NCBI RefSeq assembly: GCF_001194135.2
Contig: NC_068996.1
Location: 16,467,554-16,531,553 of the forward strand
Source: Octopus bimaculoides
Lineage: Eukaryota
DNA length: 64,000 bases
Direction: 5' to 3'
Shown here: in pieces, positions 1 through 12,218 of the stretch
How the letters are laid out: every line of letters begins with the position of its first letter
Position numbering within the stretch: the stretch's first letter is position 1
Position numbers and translations under genes: made by a program
The notes under the pieces: model-generated
What the model saw: the letters and a program-made list of their open reading frames with translations, nothing else
What the model was told of the DNA's origin: nothing
Databases searched by the model: none

Positions 1-135
1 TAAATACAAATAATGGAGATATAAATGAAAATGAGTATGTATGTATGTATGTATGTATGTGTGTGTGGGTATGTGTGTGTATGTATGTATATACATATAT
101 ATATATAAATGTGTGTGTACATTTATATATATATA

Positions 136-200
<65 letters not shown>

Positions 201-219
201 ACACATACATACATACATG

Positions 220-252
<33 letters not shown>

Positions 253-393
253 NNNNNNNNNNNNNNNNNNNNNNNNNNNNNNNNNNNNNNNNNNNNNNNN
301 NNNNNNNNNNNNNNNNNNNNNNNNNNNNNNNNNNNNNNNNNNNNNNNNNNATGTCTGTGTATATATATACATATGTATATATACATATATATG

Positions 394-431
<38 letters not shown>

Positions 432-519
432 TATATATATATATATATAGATATATATAATAGAATGTATGTATACATATGTATATATGTATATATGTAT
501 ATATACAAAAAATATACAA

Positions 520-575
<56 letters not shown>

Positions 576-769
576 GTGTGTGTGTGTATGCATATGTATG
601 TATACATATATGCATATATGTATGTTTATATATCTGCATATATGTATGTTTATATATAGGTGTATACATATAGGTATATAGGTATACATGTATATGTATA
701 TGTTATATGTGTGTAAATATATATGCATATGTATATATATGTTTATATATATATATGAATATATATGTA

Positions 770-858
<89 letters not shown>

Positions 859-971
859 GTATGTATGTGTATATATATGTATGTATGTGTATATATATAT
901 ATATGTGCATATATCTACGTGTATATCGGCATGTATATAAGTATGTATATATATGTATGTATATGTGAATG

Positions 972-1012
<41 letters not shown>

Positions 1013-1100
1013 GTATATATGTATGTGTATGTATATATACATATATATCTATGTATTTATATATGTACGTATATATGTATATATATGTACATATATGTTT

Positions 1101-1156
<56 letters not shown>

Positions 1157-1214
1157 TTTATATACATAATTGTATGTACATACATATGTGTATATATATA
1201 TAAATACATATGTG

Positions 1215-1252
<38 letters not shown>
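1..1252. repeat. Compound (TA)n/(TG)n/(TATG)n/(GA)n microsatellite block with N gap
   Basis: Directly visible; all ORFs here are YI/CV dipeptide artefacts. Confidence 0.97.
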
Positions 1253-1339
1253 CTTTGATAAGTTTTCGCCCGGAACTGGCCCGTTTGTTTTAATGGATAT
1301 ATTACATAAATAATTACATTTGTACATATTTGTATTCGT

Positions 1340-1740
1340 TTATTCTTTTAACTTGTTTTAGTCTCTGGACTGAGGTAACGCTAGAGCACCACCTGGAAAT
1401 GTTTGTAACCGAACGAATTGAGATTACAACGTTTGTACCTTGTATTTTTTAATCTTTTTTATTAATTTTTTTACTCGGTACCTATCTGTGTGTTTTGGCG
1501 GGGACCGCTGAAATATGTGGACGTAGACAAAAGTTCTCCGGTGTCAATTAGTAGCGAGGGACAAAGACGGGCTCACAAAATACAGGTGCAAATACATATT
1601 TATATACGACGGGCTTCTTTTAGTTTCCACTTTGATGATTTTGATTGGCCCGTGGCAATCGTAAAACATAATTGCCAAACCTGTCACGCAGTAGGACTGA
1701 ACTCCGAACTGTGTGGCTATGAAACAAACTTTTTACCACA
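1340..1740 (-). mobile_element. Degenerate tRNA-derived SINE, family A
   Basis: Reverse complement of the head (acgacgggcttcttt..., ggactgaactccgaac) and tail (ttttaacttgttttagtc) of the copy at 2394-2845. Confidence 0.75.
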
Positions 1741-2393
1741 TACATAAATATAATATAATATAATATAATATAATATACTATTATATAATATAATATAACA
1801 TAATATAATATAATATATTATAATATAACATACACTCACACACATATATACTAAACGAAAGTATACTGAATTCGTGTTTAAATATATACAATCATGTACG
1901 CGTGAATGTGTCCTAGTATGCATGTTAAGTCATATATATTTATATATACAGATATAAAAATGTATGCATGTATATGTTTGCGTCGGCATGTATGCGCGAG
2001 TGCGTCTATGTGTAATAGCAAGGCTAAGTAATGTTGGTGCGTTGAACATGTCACGCCAAGGGAAATAACTCCCAGGATACAGTTATCTCTCTTAGAAATT
2101 TTAATTTTTTTTTTGGGGGGGGGTGATATATTTTCATCTTTATAGTGTAGATATATTCCAAAATGTGTAATTATTGCTACATAAACGTATTAATGGTATG
2201 AGTTTTCTATTTATTTCATTCAATTAAACGCCGAAGACGAATTTTTGAAAACAAAATAAATAAGCTCAAGCTATATTGTGTTTCTATAAAAAATTTAAGG
2301 GCATCAGTCAAACAAAAATCTTTGCCTCTGAAGTAACTCATTTGTAGCTTATAATTTCACACCTGCATACGCACGCACACACAAACACGCGCG

Positions 2394-2845
2394 CGCGCGG
2401 AGTGGCTGTGTGGTAAGTAGCTTGCTTAACAACCACATGGTTCTGTGTTCAGTCCCATGGCGTGTCACCTTGGGCAAGGTTCTTCTATTATAGCCTCGGG
2501 CCGACCAAAGCCTTGTGAGTGGATTTGGTAGACGGAAACTGAAAGAAGCCCGTCGTATATATGTGTGTATATTTGTGTGCATGTGTGTGTTTGTGTGCAT
2601 GCGAGTGTGTGTATGTGTCTGTGCTTGTGTGTCTGTGTTTGTGTGTCTGCGTTTGTCCCTCCCACCATCGCTTGAAAACCGATGTTGGTGTGTGTACGTC
2701 CCCGTATTTTAGCGGTTCGGCAAAACAGAGGAATAGAATAAGTACTAGACGTACAAGGAATAAAACCTGGGGTCGATTTGTTCGACTAAAGATGGTGCTC
2801 CAGTACGGCCACAGTGAAATGACTGAAAAATAAAAGAATAAAAGA
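2394..2845 (+). mobile_element. Full-length tRNA-derived SINE, family A, bipartite with internal (TA)n(TG)n
   Basis: A-box-like GTGGCTGTGTGG and B-box-like GTGTTCAGTCCC head, body ending gaaagaagcccgtcg, central microsatellite, 3' half ending atgactgaaaaataaaagaataaaag. Many copies in the window. Confidence 0.9.
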
Positions 2846-2902
2846 GTACTAAATATATTATATATCAGCATGGCTGCAGCTCTAAGCTGAAACTATAAAA
2901 GA

Positions 2903-2955
<53 letters not shown>

Positions 2956-3863
2956 CATTATATATACATATATATATATATATATANNNNNNNNNNTATA
3001 TATATATATATATATATATTCATTATATATACATATATATATATATTCATTATGTATACATATATAATATATATATATATATATTATATGTATATTATAT
3101 ATTTTTTATATAATATATATGAAATATATCTATAAAATATAAACAATATATATACATTATTTATTTTATATATGAATATATATATATATATATATATANN
3201 NNNNNNNNNNNNNNNNNNNNNNNNNNNNNNNNNNNNNNNNNNNNNNNNNNNNNNNNNNNNNNNNNNNNNNNNNNNNNNNNNNNNNNNNNNNNNNNNNNNN
3301 NNNNNNNNNNNNNNNNNNNNNNNNNNNNNNNNNNNNNNNNNNNNNNNNNNNNNNNNNNNNNNNNNNNNNNNNNNNNNNNNNNNNNNNNNNNNNNNNNNNN
3401 NNNNNNNNNNNNNNNNNNNNNNNNNNNNNNNNNNNNNNNNNNNNNNNNNNNNNNNNNNNNNNNNNNNNNNNNNNNNNNNNNNNNNNNNNNNNNNNNNNNN
3501 NNNNNNNNNNAAAATTTACAATTAAGAATAAAAGAATAAAATTATTATTTCATTCCAAAATTGATGAGCTTTGTTTTTAGTGATGACTTGAAATGGTAAA
3601 TATTTTTTGTAACTGTATTTGCTTGAATAAACATACTTTTCTTTATATTAAGCAATTCATTATAATTACTTTTACGATGTGCCTAAATATAAACCGTCGT
3701 TATAGATCAGCATTTCTCAACATTTTTCGCGACTTGGCTTCCCTTGGACATTGAAAAAATTTATTTCGGCTCCTCTGTGTTGATGAAAAATTTAATTCAG
3801 CTTCTCATGTATCTGAGATAGACCGGCCGCCCATGACAAATCTGACAAAAGGGGAGACCCGCA

Positions 3864-4518
3864 GAACTACCAGCTCACGAACTGCATCTGAAAGTTGGCG
3901 CGCCAATCATGCTGCTAAGGAATTTAGATGCTCCAATAATGTGCAATGGTACGTGGATGATTATCAAAAAATTGTGCTTGAGTTCTGTAGGCAACAATCT
4001 TGAATGAACCGGCCGCTGGCTAAGACATACTTATAATTCCCATGCCCCTTTCCCACTCCGATACGACCTACAAGTTTAAACAGATGCAATTTCCCATCAA
4101 ACTTTGCTTTCCCATCACAATCAACAAGGTGCAGGGACAATCAGTGCAAGCAGTTGGTTTGAATCTGACAGAGCAAGTATTCTCACACGCACAACTGTAC
4201 GTTGGCTGTCCCCATGCTCTTTCTATTTGTGCACCCGAGGGAAAGACGAAGAATGTTGTCTACCAAGAGGCACTCCAATGATAACAACGGCAACTTCAAC
4301 TGCTCCAATTTCAACTCTGCAATTTTGTCATCGTCCTGCCAGCCCACGTAAGTCCAGTCTTGCTTTGCTCTCCTTACTAATTCACCATGACATTCTTTTT
4401 TTTCTACCAAGATCCGTCGCCCAAACATCACTTCGTATCCACTTCTTCCTCTTTTTTATGCCTTCGTTTCTCTCTTCGCGTCGTTCTCTGACAGGGTGAA
4501 ACCGGGCTTAGCTGCTAG
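3864..4518 (+). mobile_element. Helitron 3' fragment: PIF1-like helicase C-terminus plus 3' terminus
   Basis: Translates LPAHELHLKVGAPIMLLRNLDAPIMCNGT and QFPIKLCFPITINKVQGQS...FSHAQLYV...GKTKNVVYQEAL*, typical of RepHel helicase motifs. Ends gggtgaaaccgggcttagctgCTAG|t (CTAG at 4515-4518). Confidence 0.92.
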
Positions 4519-4848
4519 TTATATATATATCTATATACACACTTGGAAATGGATGCGTGATGTTCAATGAAATAATAATATATGCATATATGGGTACAGA
4601 ATGTCAGCAATAGTAAACAACACGAAATACGAAAACAAACGATTTAAATACGCAAATAACGAGAGAAAGAAATGGACAATACAAAAGTGACTCTTCATCA
4701 GTTATCAGCTTCCCATTTTGAGCAATCAACGACACACACATATGTGTTTTTATATATATAAACAAATATACATACACACATAATTACACACCAAAAAAAT
4801 ACATTTATATGTGTGTGTGTTTATACATTCAACTATCTCCAGACACCT

Positions 4849-4923
<75 letters not shown>

Positions 4924-5364
4924 TTCACGCACACAGCCAATCACACATGTGCATACACATACATTTACATATATAACAAGATCTGACGATGATCATGTCC
5001 ATAATAATGGCACTATCAGTTTAAGAATTATAGCTTCATATCGATCGCACTAACCAAATTTAAACAAATGTATTGTGCAAACTTGATAAAACTATTGCCA
5101 TTATACCTGATGAGAAGTAGAACAGTTTGTTCTAAAACATAGGGTTTTTGCAGTGACCGTTCTCAGATTAACACGAAAATGACTGAAACAAGTAAAAGAG
5201 TAAAAGAGTAAAATTTTGGTTTAGACAAACAAGTATGTTCGTAAGGTAGTTACAAAGACACACAAACATCTATATACCTATACACGTACATAAATTCATA
5301 TCTATGTATATTTATGTATATATGTGTATGCGTGTATGTATGCATATGAATGTATAGATAAGTA

Positions 5365-5604
5365 CAGGAGTTGGACAAAGTAATGGAAACACCTAGCATC
5401 TATAAAATCATTAAAAGCTTGTTTATTTTTATGGTTTTTGATTTATTATTAGTGTTTGTTAATACATTTTGCTAAAATTGCTGTTTCTTTTCAGATATTA
5501 GCAAAAGGTAATTAAAATTCGTTAAAATGACAGATCTGTCGGACTTTGAAAGAGGTCAAATTGTTGGTGCTCGTATGGCAGGCGCTAGCGTAACGAAAAC
5601 ATCT
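5365..5604 (+). mobile_element. Tc1-like transposon 5' end (TIR plus transposase N-terminus, truncated)
   Basis: TA|CAGGAGTTGGACAAAGTAATGGAAACAC terminus; ATG at 5527 gives MTDLSDFERGQIVGARMAGASVTKTS, a Tc1 paired-domain start. Confidence 0.88.
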
Positions 5605-5657
5605 TAAAATATATTTGTTATATGTATGTGCATATATATGTTTGTATGTGTGTTTGT

Positions 5658-5699
<42 letters not shown>

Positions 5700-5727
5700 N
5701 NNNNNNNNNNNNNNNNNNNNNNNNNNN

Positions 5728-5800
<73 letters not shown>

Positions 5801-6519
5801 TTCTCTCTCTCTCTCTCTTTCTCTTTCCAACGCACGAAATTCCTGGACCTTCAGTCACTCTGTTACTTCTGTTAAATATCAATATATACCATGTGTATAG
5901 ATTAACGATTACCGTTAATCTATACGCATTTTTTATCTCTACGTTTTTTGCTCTAAGTCCTTATCGAAACGTGAAATTCTTTTCCATTCTTCGCGAGCGT
6001 TAAACGAATACACCTGCTTGTCGTTCCTACTTTGTCTTTGTCTTTTGTTTCCTGTAAATTTAAACTATATATATACGTGTGTGTGTGTGTGTGTAGGTTA
6101 ACGTTAACGTGCAGTTCTCCGTCGAAAAATACTGAAAGTAAATCATCTTTTAAAAATAAAGGTATATTGCGATAGAAAGCGGAAGTGACGATAGAGATAT
6201 ACCAAAACTTCATGAAATATGTTTTATATCCGATGGGTGGGTTTCACATGCGGGTTTCTGCTTGTTTTGTACTCATAAGCTGTCAACCATTCACTCACCT
6301 TCGTTCTTCCAGATGATAACAGCATCTAACACAGCATCTAAACACGGACTATAGGAAGGTGATGGTTGCTCACCAAGGCGACAATATGGCAATAATGATG
6401 ATTTGTTTACGTCATAACTTCATGAGCAAGGGCGACGAACAAATTTAGAGATCGAGAAAAATTATTTACGAATCTCATTTTGTGCATCAATAACTGTTTT
6501 CCCGTAAAAGTGATGGTTT

Positions 6520-7015
6520 TCACCTTGTAGCTTATTCTCACTTCGTGAGCATTTTCCTCGCTAGTTACACTACGGTCATCTATGTCATTCGCTGAACGTT
6601 CTCAAGCGGCTCCGCGTTTCGGCTTGCGAACGTGACTCGCTCTCCACTGAGTTATGGTTATATTTGAAGCGGTTGTACCACTCCTTGATATGAGGTTTTA
6701 CCATGGCATCATCGAAGAAGGCCTGCTGAATCTTCTGGTCGGAGTATCACGAAGCTTTTTGGCAAAACTTGACGCAATATGTATATGTATATCTCTGCTC
6801 GGTGTGTTCGGTCAAAAAGAGTGAAAAAGATCCGACGAGCGTGCTCAACACATCTCTATTCATGGCGTGATAGCCAGGAATTGACGCGGCCTACAGGCAC
6901 GAAAAATTTCACGCATGCGCAGGAAAGGTTACGTCACCTTCCATCCAAAGGATTTTGTCCAAGCGGCATCAGTTTTGCGGGGAAAATAAAGTTGGATAGT
7001 TTTGAACGTACATCG
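6520..7015 (-). mobile_element. Mariner-like element 5' fragment (TIR plus degenerate transposase N-terminus)
   Basis: Minus strand begins TA|CGATGTACGTTCAAAACTATCCAACTTTATTT. Frameshifted YCVKFCQKLRDT / KIQQAFFDDAMVKPHIKEWYNRFKYNHNSVESESRS matches the mariner HTH region. Confidence 0.85.
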
Positions 7016-7078
7016 TATAAAATATATTCATCATATATATGTACGGTTTTTATGTTATATTGAATATACGTACATTTT

Positions 7079-7263
7079 CGAACTTTAGGTTAGTTAAAAT
7101 ATTTTTGTGACATATTTCAACTTCTAAAGTTAAATTCACTGCAGTTATCGTGGGGGGGGGGGAATTCTCTGTTATGGTAATTTTTTTCTCTTGGTAACTG
7201 CAGTGAATTTGCCTTAAGAAGTCAAAATATGTCAAAAACATATTTTAGCTATTCTAAAGTTCG
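7079..7263. mobile_element. Foldback/MITE-like element with ~69 bp imperfect inverted arms
   Basis: 7079-7147 and 7195-7263 are reverse complements at roughly 80% identity; no clear TSD. Confidence 0.7.
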
Positions 7264-7405
7264 CTTCTACATCATTACTTGGTGCTGATATGTACGTTTA
7301 TATATTGGATACTCTGGATCGTCACATGGTGTTTATATGAAATTAAGAGATCTTTCAGCCGTCATTTCAAGTTTCTATGGCAATATACTTTCATTTTCTA
7401 AGAAC

Positions 7406-7449
<44 letters not shown>

Positions 7450-7559
7450 TACACACATACATACACATACATACATACACATACATACATACATACATAC
7501 ATACATACACACATGCATGCATGAGAGTTCACGATTCGAGTGAATCAGGTACCTAAATG

Positions 7560-7930
7560 ATATTGCACTAAGTTTGAGAAATAGCATTCGTATACAAAAC
7601 GAAATTAGAAGAATATATTCGTACATACCGAAGTAAAGACGGATTAATATTCCAGTTGCATATACAATCACAAGTGCCCGACTGAATACACTTCGAGTTT
7701 CAAGGCTGTACCGGGGAACACACAAGGTACTTATTGTTCCACGCTAAATACCTTAGAAATGAGAACCCATGTTCAAAATTACCCCAAGACACCTGATGAA
7801 GGCTGGAGGCTAGTATATCAGCCGAAACGTTGTGTTAAAAAACAAACAAGATGAGGACAAATATCCGTCAAATGTAAATAATGTAAATAATGTACATAAT
7901 TCCCTATCTCTTAAATATAGAACTGTATTA
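7560..7930 (+). mobile_element. Penelope-like element 3' remnant (GIY-YIG C-terminus trace plus pLTR-type tail)
   Basis: KLEEYIRTYRSKDGL resembles the end of a GIY-YIG ORF and is followed by a ctgatgaag...ccgaaacgtt hammerhead motif and a gtaaataat repeat tail. Confidence 0.65.
7788..7836 (+). ncRNA. Minimal type I hammerhead ribozyme motif (Penelope-type)
   Basis: Stem I GACAC/GTGTT; core CTGATGA (7793-7799) plus extra A; stem II GGCTG/CAGCC; GAAA (7824-7827); palindromic (A)ACGT(T) stem III; predicted cleavage after GUU (7829-7831). Confidence 0.75.
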
Positions 7931-7968
7931 TATATATTTTTAAATTTATGTATGTATATGTGTATGCG

Positions 7969-8012
<44 letters not shown>

Positions 8013-8952
8013 NNNNNNNNNNNNNNNNNNNNNNNNNNNNNNNNNNNNNNNNNNNNNNNNNNNNNNNNNNNNNNNNNNNNNNNNNNNNNNNNNNNNNNNN
8101 NNNNNNNNNNNNNNNNNNNNNNNNNNNNNNNNNNNNNNNNNNNNNNNNNNNNNNNNNNNNNNNNNNNNNNNNNNNNNNNNNNNNNNNNNNNNNNNNNNNN
8201 NNNNNNNNNNNNNNNNNNNNNNNNNNNNNNNNNNNNNNNNNNNNNNNNNNNNNNNNNNNNNNNNNNNNNNNNNNNNNNNNNNNNNNNNNNNNNNNNNNNN
8301 NNNNNNNNNNNNNNNNNNNNNNNNNNNNNNNNNNNNNNNNNNNNNNNNNNNNNNNNNNNNNNNNNNACTTGAATAAGTATATTTCATTTTGATCAAAGGG
8401 GTCTCCGTGGAGCACAAGCTCTCCACTGAAAACTTTTTCCCATTGATCTAAATGAAATTTAAACCATAGGTAAATGAACACAAATGAACAGCAAATTTCA
8501 GTAATAATAAGACACCCTAATGGGAGCTAAACCCCTTATATTGCAAATTTTGGAAGCCCATAACTTGAGTATTTGAACTTCTGTCACGGGGTTTTTCTAT
8601 TAATTAAACGTAAAACAAAATTACCTCTTATATATTTGTTTTGCAAGATTCTTGATGTGAAATCGTGTGTTGAAACAGATATTGTTGTATTTGGAGATGG
8701 TCATGTTGCCAGTTTAGCCACTAAGAACACACGTACCATATATTTGGTGTTAATTTGCTTCAGCTTTATATTACATTAATCGTATTTCGGCCATAGTTCT
8801 TTCGTCACACTTCTGTGACCCCTTTTTATATAGAAAAATTCTGCAAATTTACATATTTTATCTATGGCTAAACCACTTGAATTATGGCAAAAAAAATTAT
8901 TAGTGAATGCTTTTATTCTTTTAACATTTTCTTTTCATTAATTTTTCTTCAG

Positions 8953-9874
8953 ATTCCCATTATACTACGGAAAAGAAAGTCCGCTTATGCAAATACTCCA
9001 CATGAACAAAGGATGAAGTTTCGTCGTCAATCTAGACAAAACATAATCTCGGCAAAATGAAACTTTTGGTGAGCGTCAAGAAAGACAGGAACAAGATGTA
9101 TTTCGCCATATAGTTGCAAAAAGAAGAGAGACAACAACGTTTGATTGCTGATAAATTTGGCCATATCGTTGCAAGAAGAAATGAGTCTGAAGAAGAGAGA
9201 CAACAACGTTTGATTGCTAATAGAAACAGGTATCAAGATTGAAGACAACAAAGGATTCAAAATGCTAAACGTTCTGTATTGCTATATGACAAAAATGAAA
9301 GCTGCAATTGGAGAAATGACCAAACTTTGTCAGCCTGGTGCTAAGAAATTTATTGGAGAATCACCAGGAATGTGCCATGGAAATGGAAAGGTTACACTGG
9401 ATCCATTTCCACCTCTGCTTCAGTTATTTCAAGAAATACTTTTGTCAAGGTTCAGGGAGTATAATTCTTTGTTTGCCATGACCAGCTCTGGTCACAAAGA
9501 TGCAACTGTCCATCTGTAAGAATTCAAGGTCAAATTTACCATCAACTTCGGGAAAATAAGCGGGCCAAAGGAGAACATGCTCGGCGTTTTAATGCACTAA
9601 CAGGGGCTTAAATTGCAATTTTAAAGTCAAATGAGCTTACAGAAAATAGAGACATTGTTTTTAAGTTGTAAAAAGGTGGATTGAGAATTTCAGAGTTACA
9701 TCGATCCTATGATCCTTTGATGTATCCATTGTTATTTTCCTTATGGAACAGACTACAACATATATTTGAAGGGAAAAATTACTGCCAAGGAACAGTGAAA
9801 TATCACCGTTGCAGGATTTGGCGGCTCACCAATTATGCTACTTAATCCCGAGCAACGCCGGGTATGCCTTCTAG
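8953..9874 (+). mobile_element. Internally deleted Helitron: RepHel N-terminal region joined to 3' terminus
   Basis: Translates (M)LRKRKS..., IGEMTKLCQ/GAKKFIGESPGMCHGNGKV, FREYNSLFAMTS, RIQGQIYH, GEHARRFNA, RISELHRSYDPLMYPLLF. Ends in hairpin cccgagcaacgccggg then CTAG|T (9871-9874). The true 5' end lies upstream, possibly in the gap. Confidence 0.9.
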
Positions 9875-10909
9875 TATATATATATATATATATATATNNN
9901 NNNNNNNATATATATATATATATATATATATACGGACTTTTTCTTCAGTCTCGATCTACCAAATTTCCTAACTTTGGTCCATCTGGTGCATTATATTTCA
10001 TATATATATATATAGCTACTCCTGTTGAAACCATCATGTATTTTCAGTGTTGGATTTGTGTGCACTATTCTTGTTCAGAATAGTGAGCTGAGTTTTTCTT
10101 ATGATGCGAAATGGGAGATGCGTGGGTTATTGATGTCAATTAGTTGACTTTCCAGAGTTCTTTGAGAGTGGATTAGGAGTATCATAAATCAATATCGATT
10201 TCCTTTAGATTTTAGTTAAGCTTTAAAAGTTCCTTATTCTTGGAATTTAGGAGTCTTGATATGAGTAGCTATTGATTTCGATGGGTACTGGCCCTACATC
10301 CGGCCTTAAGTGTTTCAAGAATTACTTGCTTGTGATTTTTCAAGATTTTACGTTTCCCTATCGTTTTTCCCAGTGTCAGAAAGATCGAATTAAAAAAAGA
10401 TCGTGCAGTTTTCATTTCGGCTTCCTTTATTCTTTGTTTTATATCTTTCGTAAACTAATTCTGATGCGTAACTTTGTACTGTATTGCAATGAGGATATAT
10501 TATTTGAAACCGTGGTTGTGATTTTTGATATAGTATCTCCGTCATTAGTGGTGATACTAATTATACCCTATGGTTTTCAGTGTTAGTTTTGTGGTTTACG
10601 AATGATCCCAAATGTGTGACAATTTCTGCTTTTTTTTTCTATATTCTTATTTCATGTTTTGTTCTTCGATGCTAGCTTTTATTTCAGTTAAATGTAGTTT
10701 ATGGGAATATAAATGGCTATTGTTTCTCTTTAATTGGATTGCATATTTCTTGAGTTTCATTAGGTTTGTGATCTTTTATGTTGCTTTACGAGTAAATATA
10801 TTGTTGAATATGCGTACAGTGGAGCTTATATTTTACATTGTACTGTTATTGTTGAATTTATTTTTCAGTAAAACTCGTGAGCTTAGTGAGGCGTGTGCGT
10901 GTGCGTGTG

Positions 10910-11002
<93 letters not shown>

Positions 11003-11759
11003 TGCTTTGCACATGGGTTCTCAACCATTTTTTTTTTATCTATGAACCCCTTTGGCGGTGATGATGTTGGAGTTGTAGTGTTATCGTTATTGATGACGAC
11101 ATTGGCGGCGGCGGCAGCAACGATGAGGAGAGGAAGGAAGTAGAGGAGGTAGAAGTGGAAGATAAGCATCAGATCAATATTCATTCAGGTGGCTTAATCA
11201 AAGATGCTCCAGCTGTGACCATCCCATCATTTATTCAGACATGGGATATCTGGGACCAATTATTTATCATTATTTTTCCTTGTTCTTGTTTTTGTTGCGG
11301 CTTTCTCTCCTTCAACTTCGATCGAGTAGATCTAGCATCAAATCCGTTCTAGCCACGGTCACCCTGCATTTTTTCTCTCCATCATAATGTATCTGAGACT
11401 TCATAAATATTTAAGTCCCATTTTTTAAAAACGATAATATATAATACGATTGAGATTTTATTACGATTTCTAACATTTCGTGTGACCAGTTACAGGCCCT
11501 TGCATTGATACCCTTTGTCTTTCTGATCTAGGTCACCTCTAGTCTAACAGCTGTGTCATTAAAATATTTCTAAAAGGTATTCATTATTTGTGTAATATAG
11601 TGTATTAAGTATTTTCGTCATTCAAACTGCAGCTGTGTGTAATTTGTGAGGAAATATGACTGCTATCTTTTAACAGGTACATAGACAAAGGAGAACGTTT
11701 CTTCATTTTGTTATTTTAGGCAAACTATAATTATCTGAACGACAACGATGCTGAAAGTA

Positions 11760-12218
11760 TCTTTTTACCTTTACTTGTTTCAGTCACTGGAATACGGCCA
11801 CACTGGAATACGGTCACACTGGAATACGGCCACACTGGAATACGGCCACACTGGAATACGGCCACACTGGAGNNNNNNNNNNNNNNNNNNNNNNNNNNNN
11901 NNNNNNNNNNNNNNNNNNNNNNNNNNNNNNNNNNNNNNNNNNNNNNNNNNNNNNNNNNNNNNNNNNNNNNNNNNNNTTTTTACCTTTACTTGTTTCAGTC
12001 ACTGGAATACGGCCACACTGGAATACGGTCACACTGGAATACGGCCACACTGGAATACGGCCACACTGGAATACGGCCACACTGGAGCGTCGCTTCGATG
12101 GGTTTAGTCAAACAAATCGACTCCATAACTTTTTTTTTAGATTGTTTCTTATTTTATCAGTCTTTTATCGAAAAATACTAAATTAGCGATGTGTAATCAA
12201 ACCAACCGGTTGTCAAGC
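11760..12218 (-). mobile_element. SINE-A 3' half containing a 16-bp minisatellite
   Basis: tttacttgtttcagtc tail and ccaaccggttgtcaagc body flank (cactggaatacggcca)x5. Confidence 0.85.

Noticed and set aside
41-1327. Long ORFs of YI/CV/HT/RE/SL dipeptides here and throughout the window
   Set aside because: These are translations of microsatellites, which lack stop codons in some frames.
2394-2480. tRNA genes at SINE heads
   Set aside because: A/B-box-like motifs are present, but there is no complete cloverleaf or acceptor stem and the sequence continues into SINE bodies.
5100-5145. CTGATGA plus hairpin (tagaac/gttcta) as a hammerhead
   Set aside because: G12 is missing (AAAA), stem III is mismatched and stem I does not pair; at best a decayed PLE tail.
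10100-10450. Possible GIY-YIG remnant on the minus strand (GKTIGKRKILKNHK)
   Set aside because: Too degenerate to support.
11785-12087. Possible CRISPR-like array
   Set aside because: Contiguous 16-bp tandem units with no spacers, in a eukaryotic SINE context.
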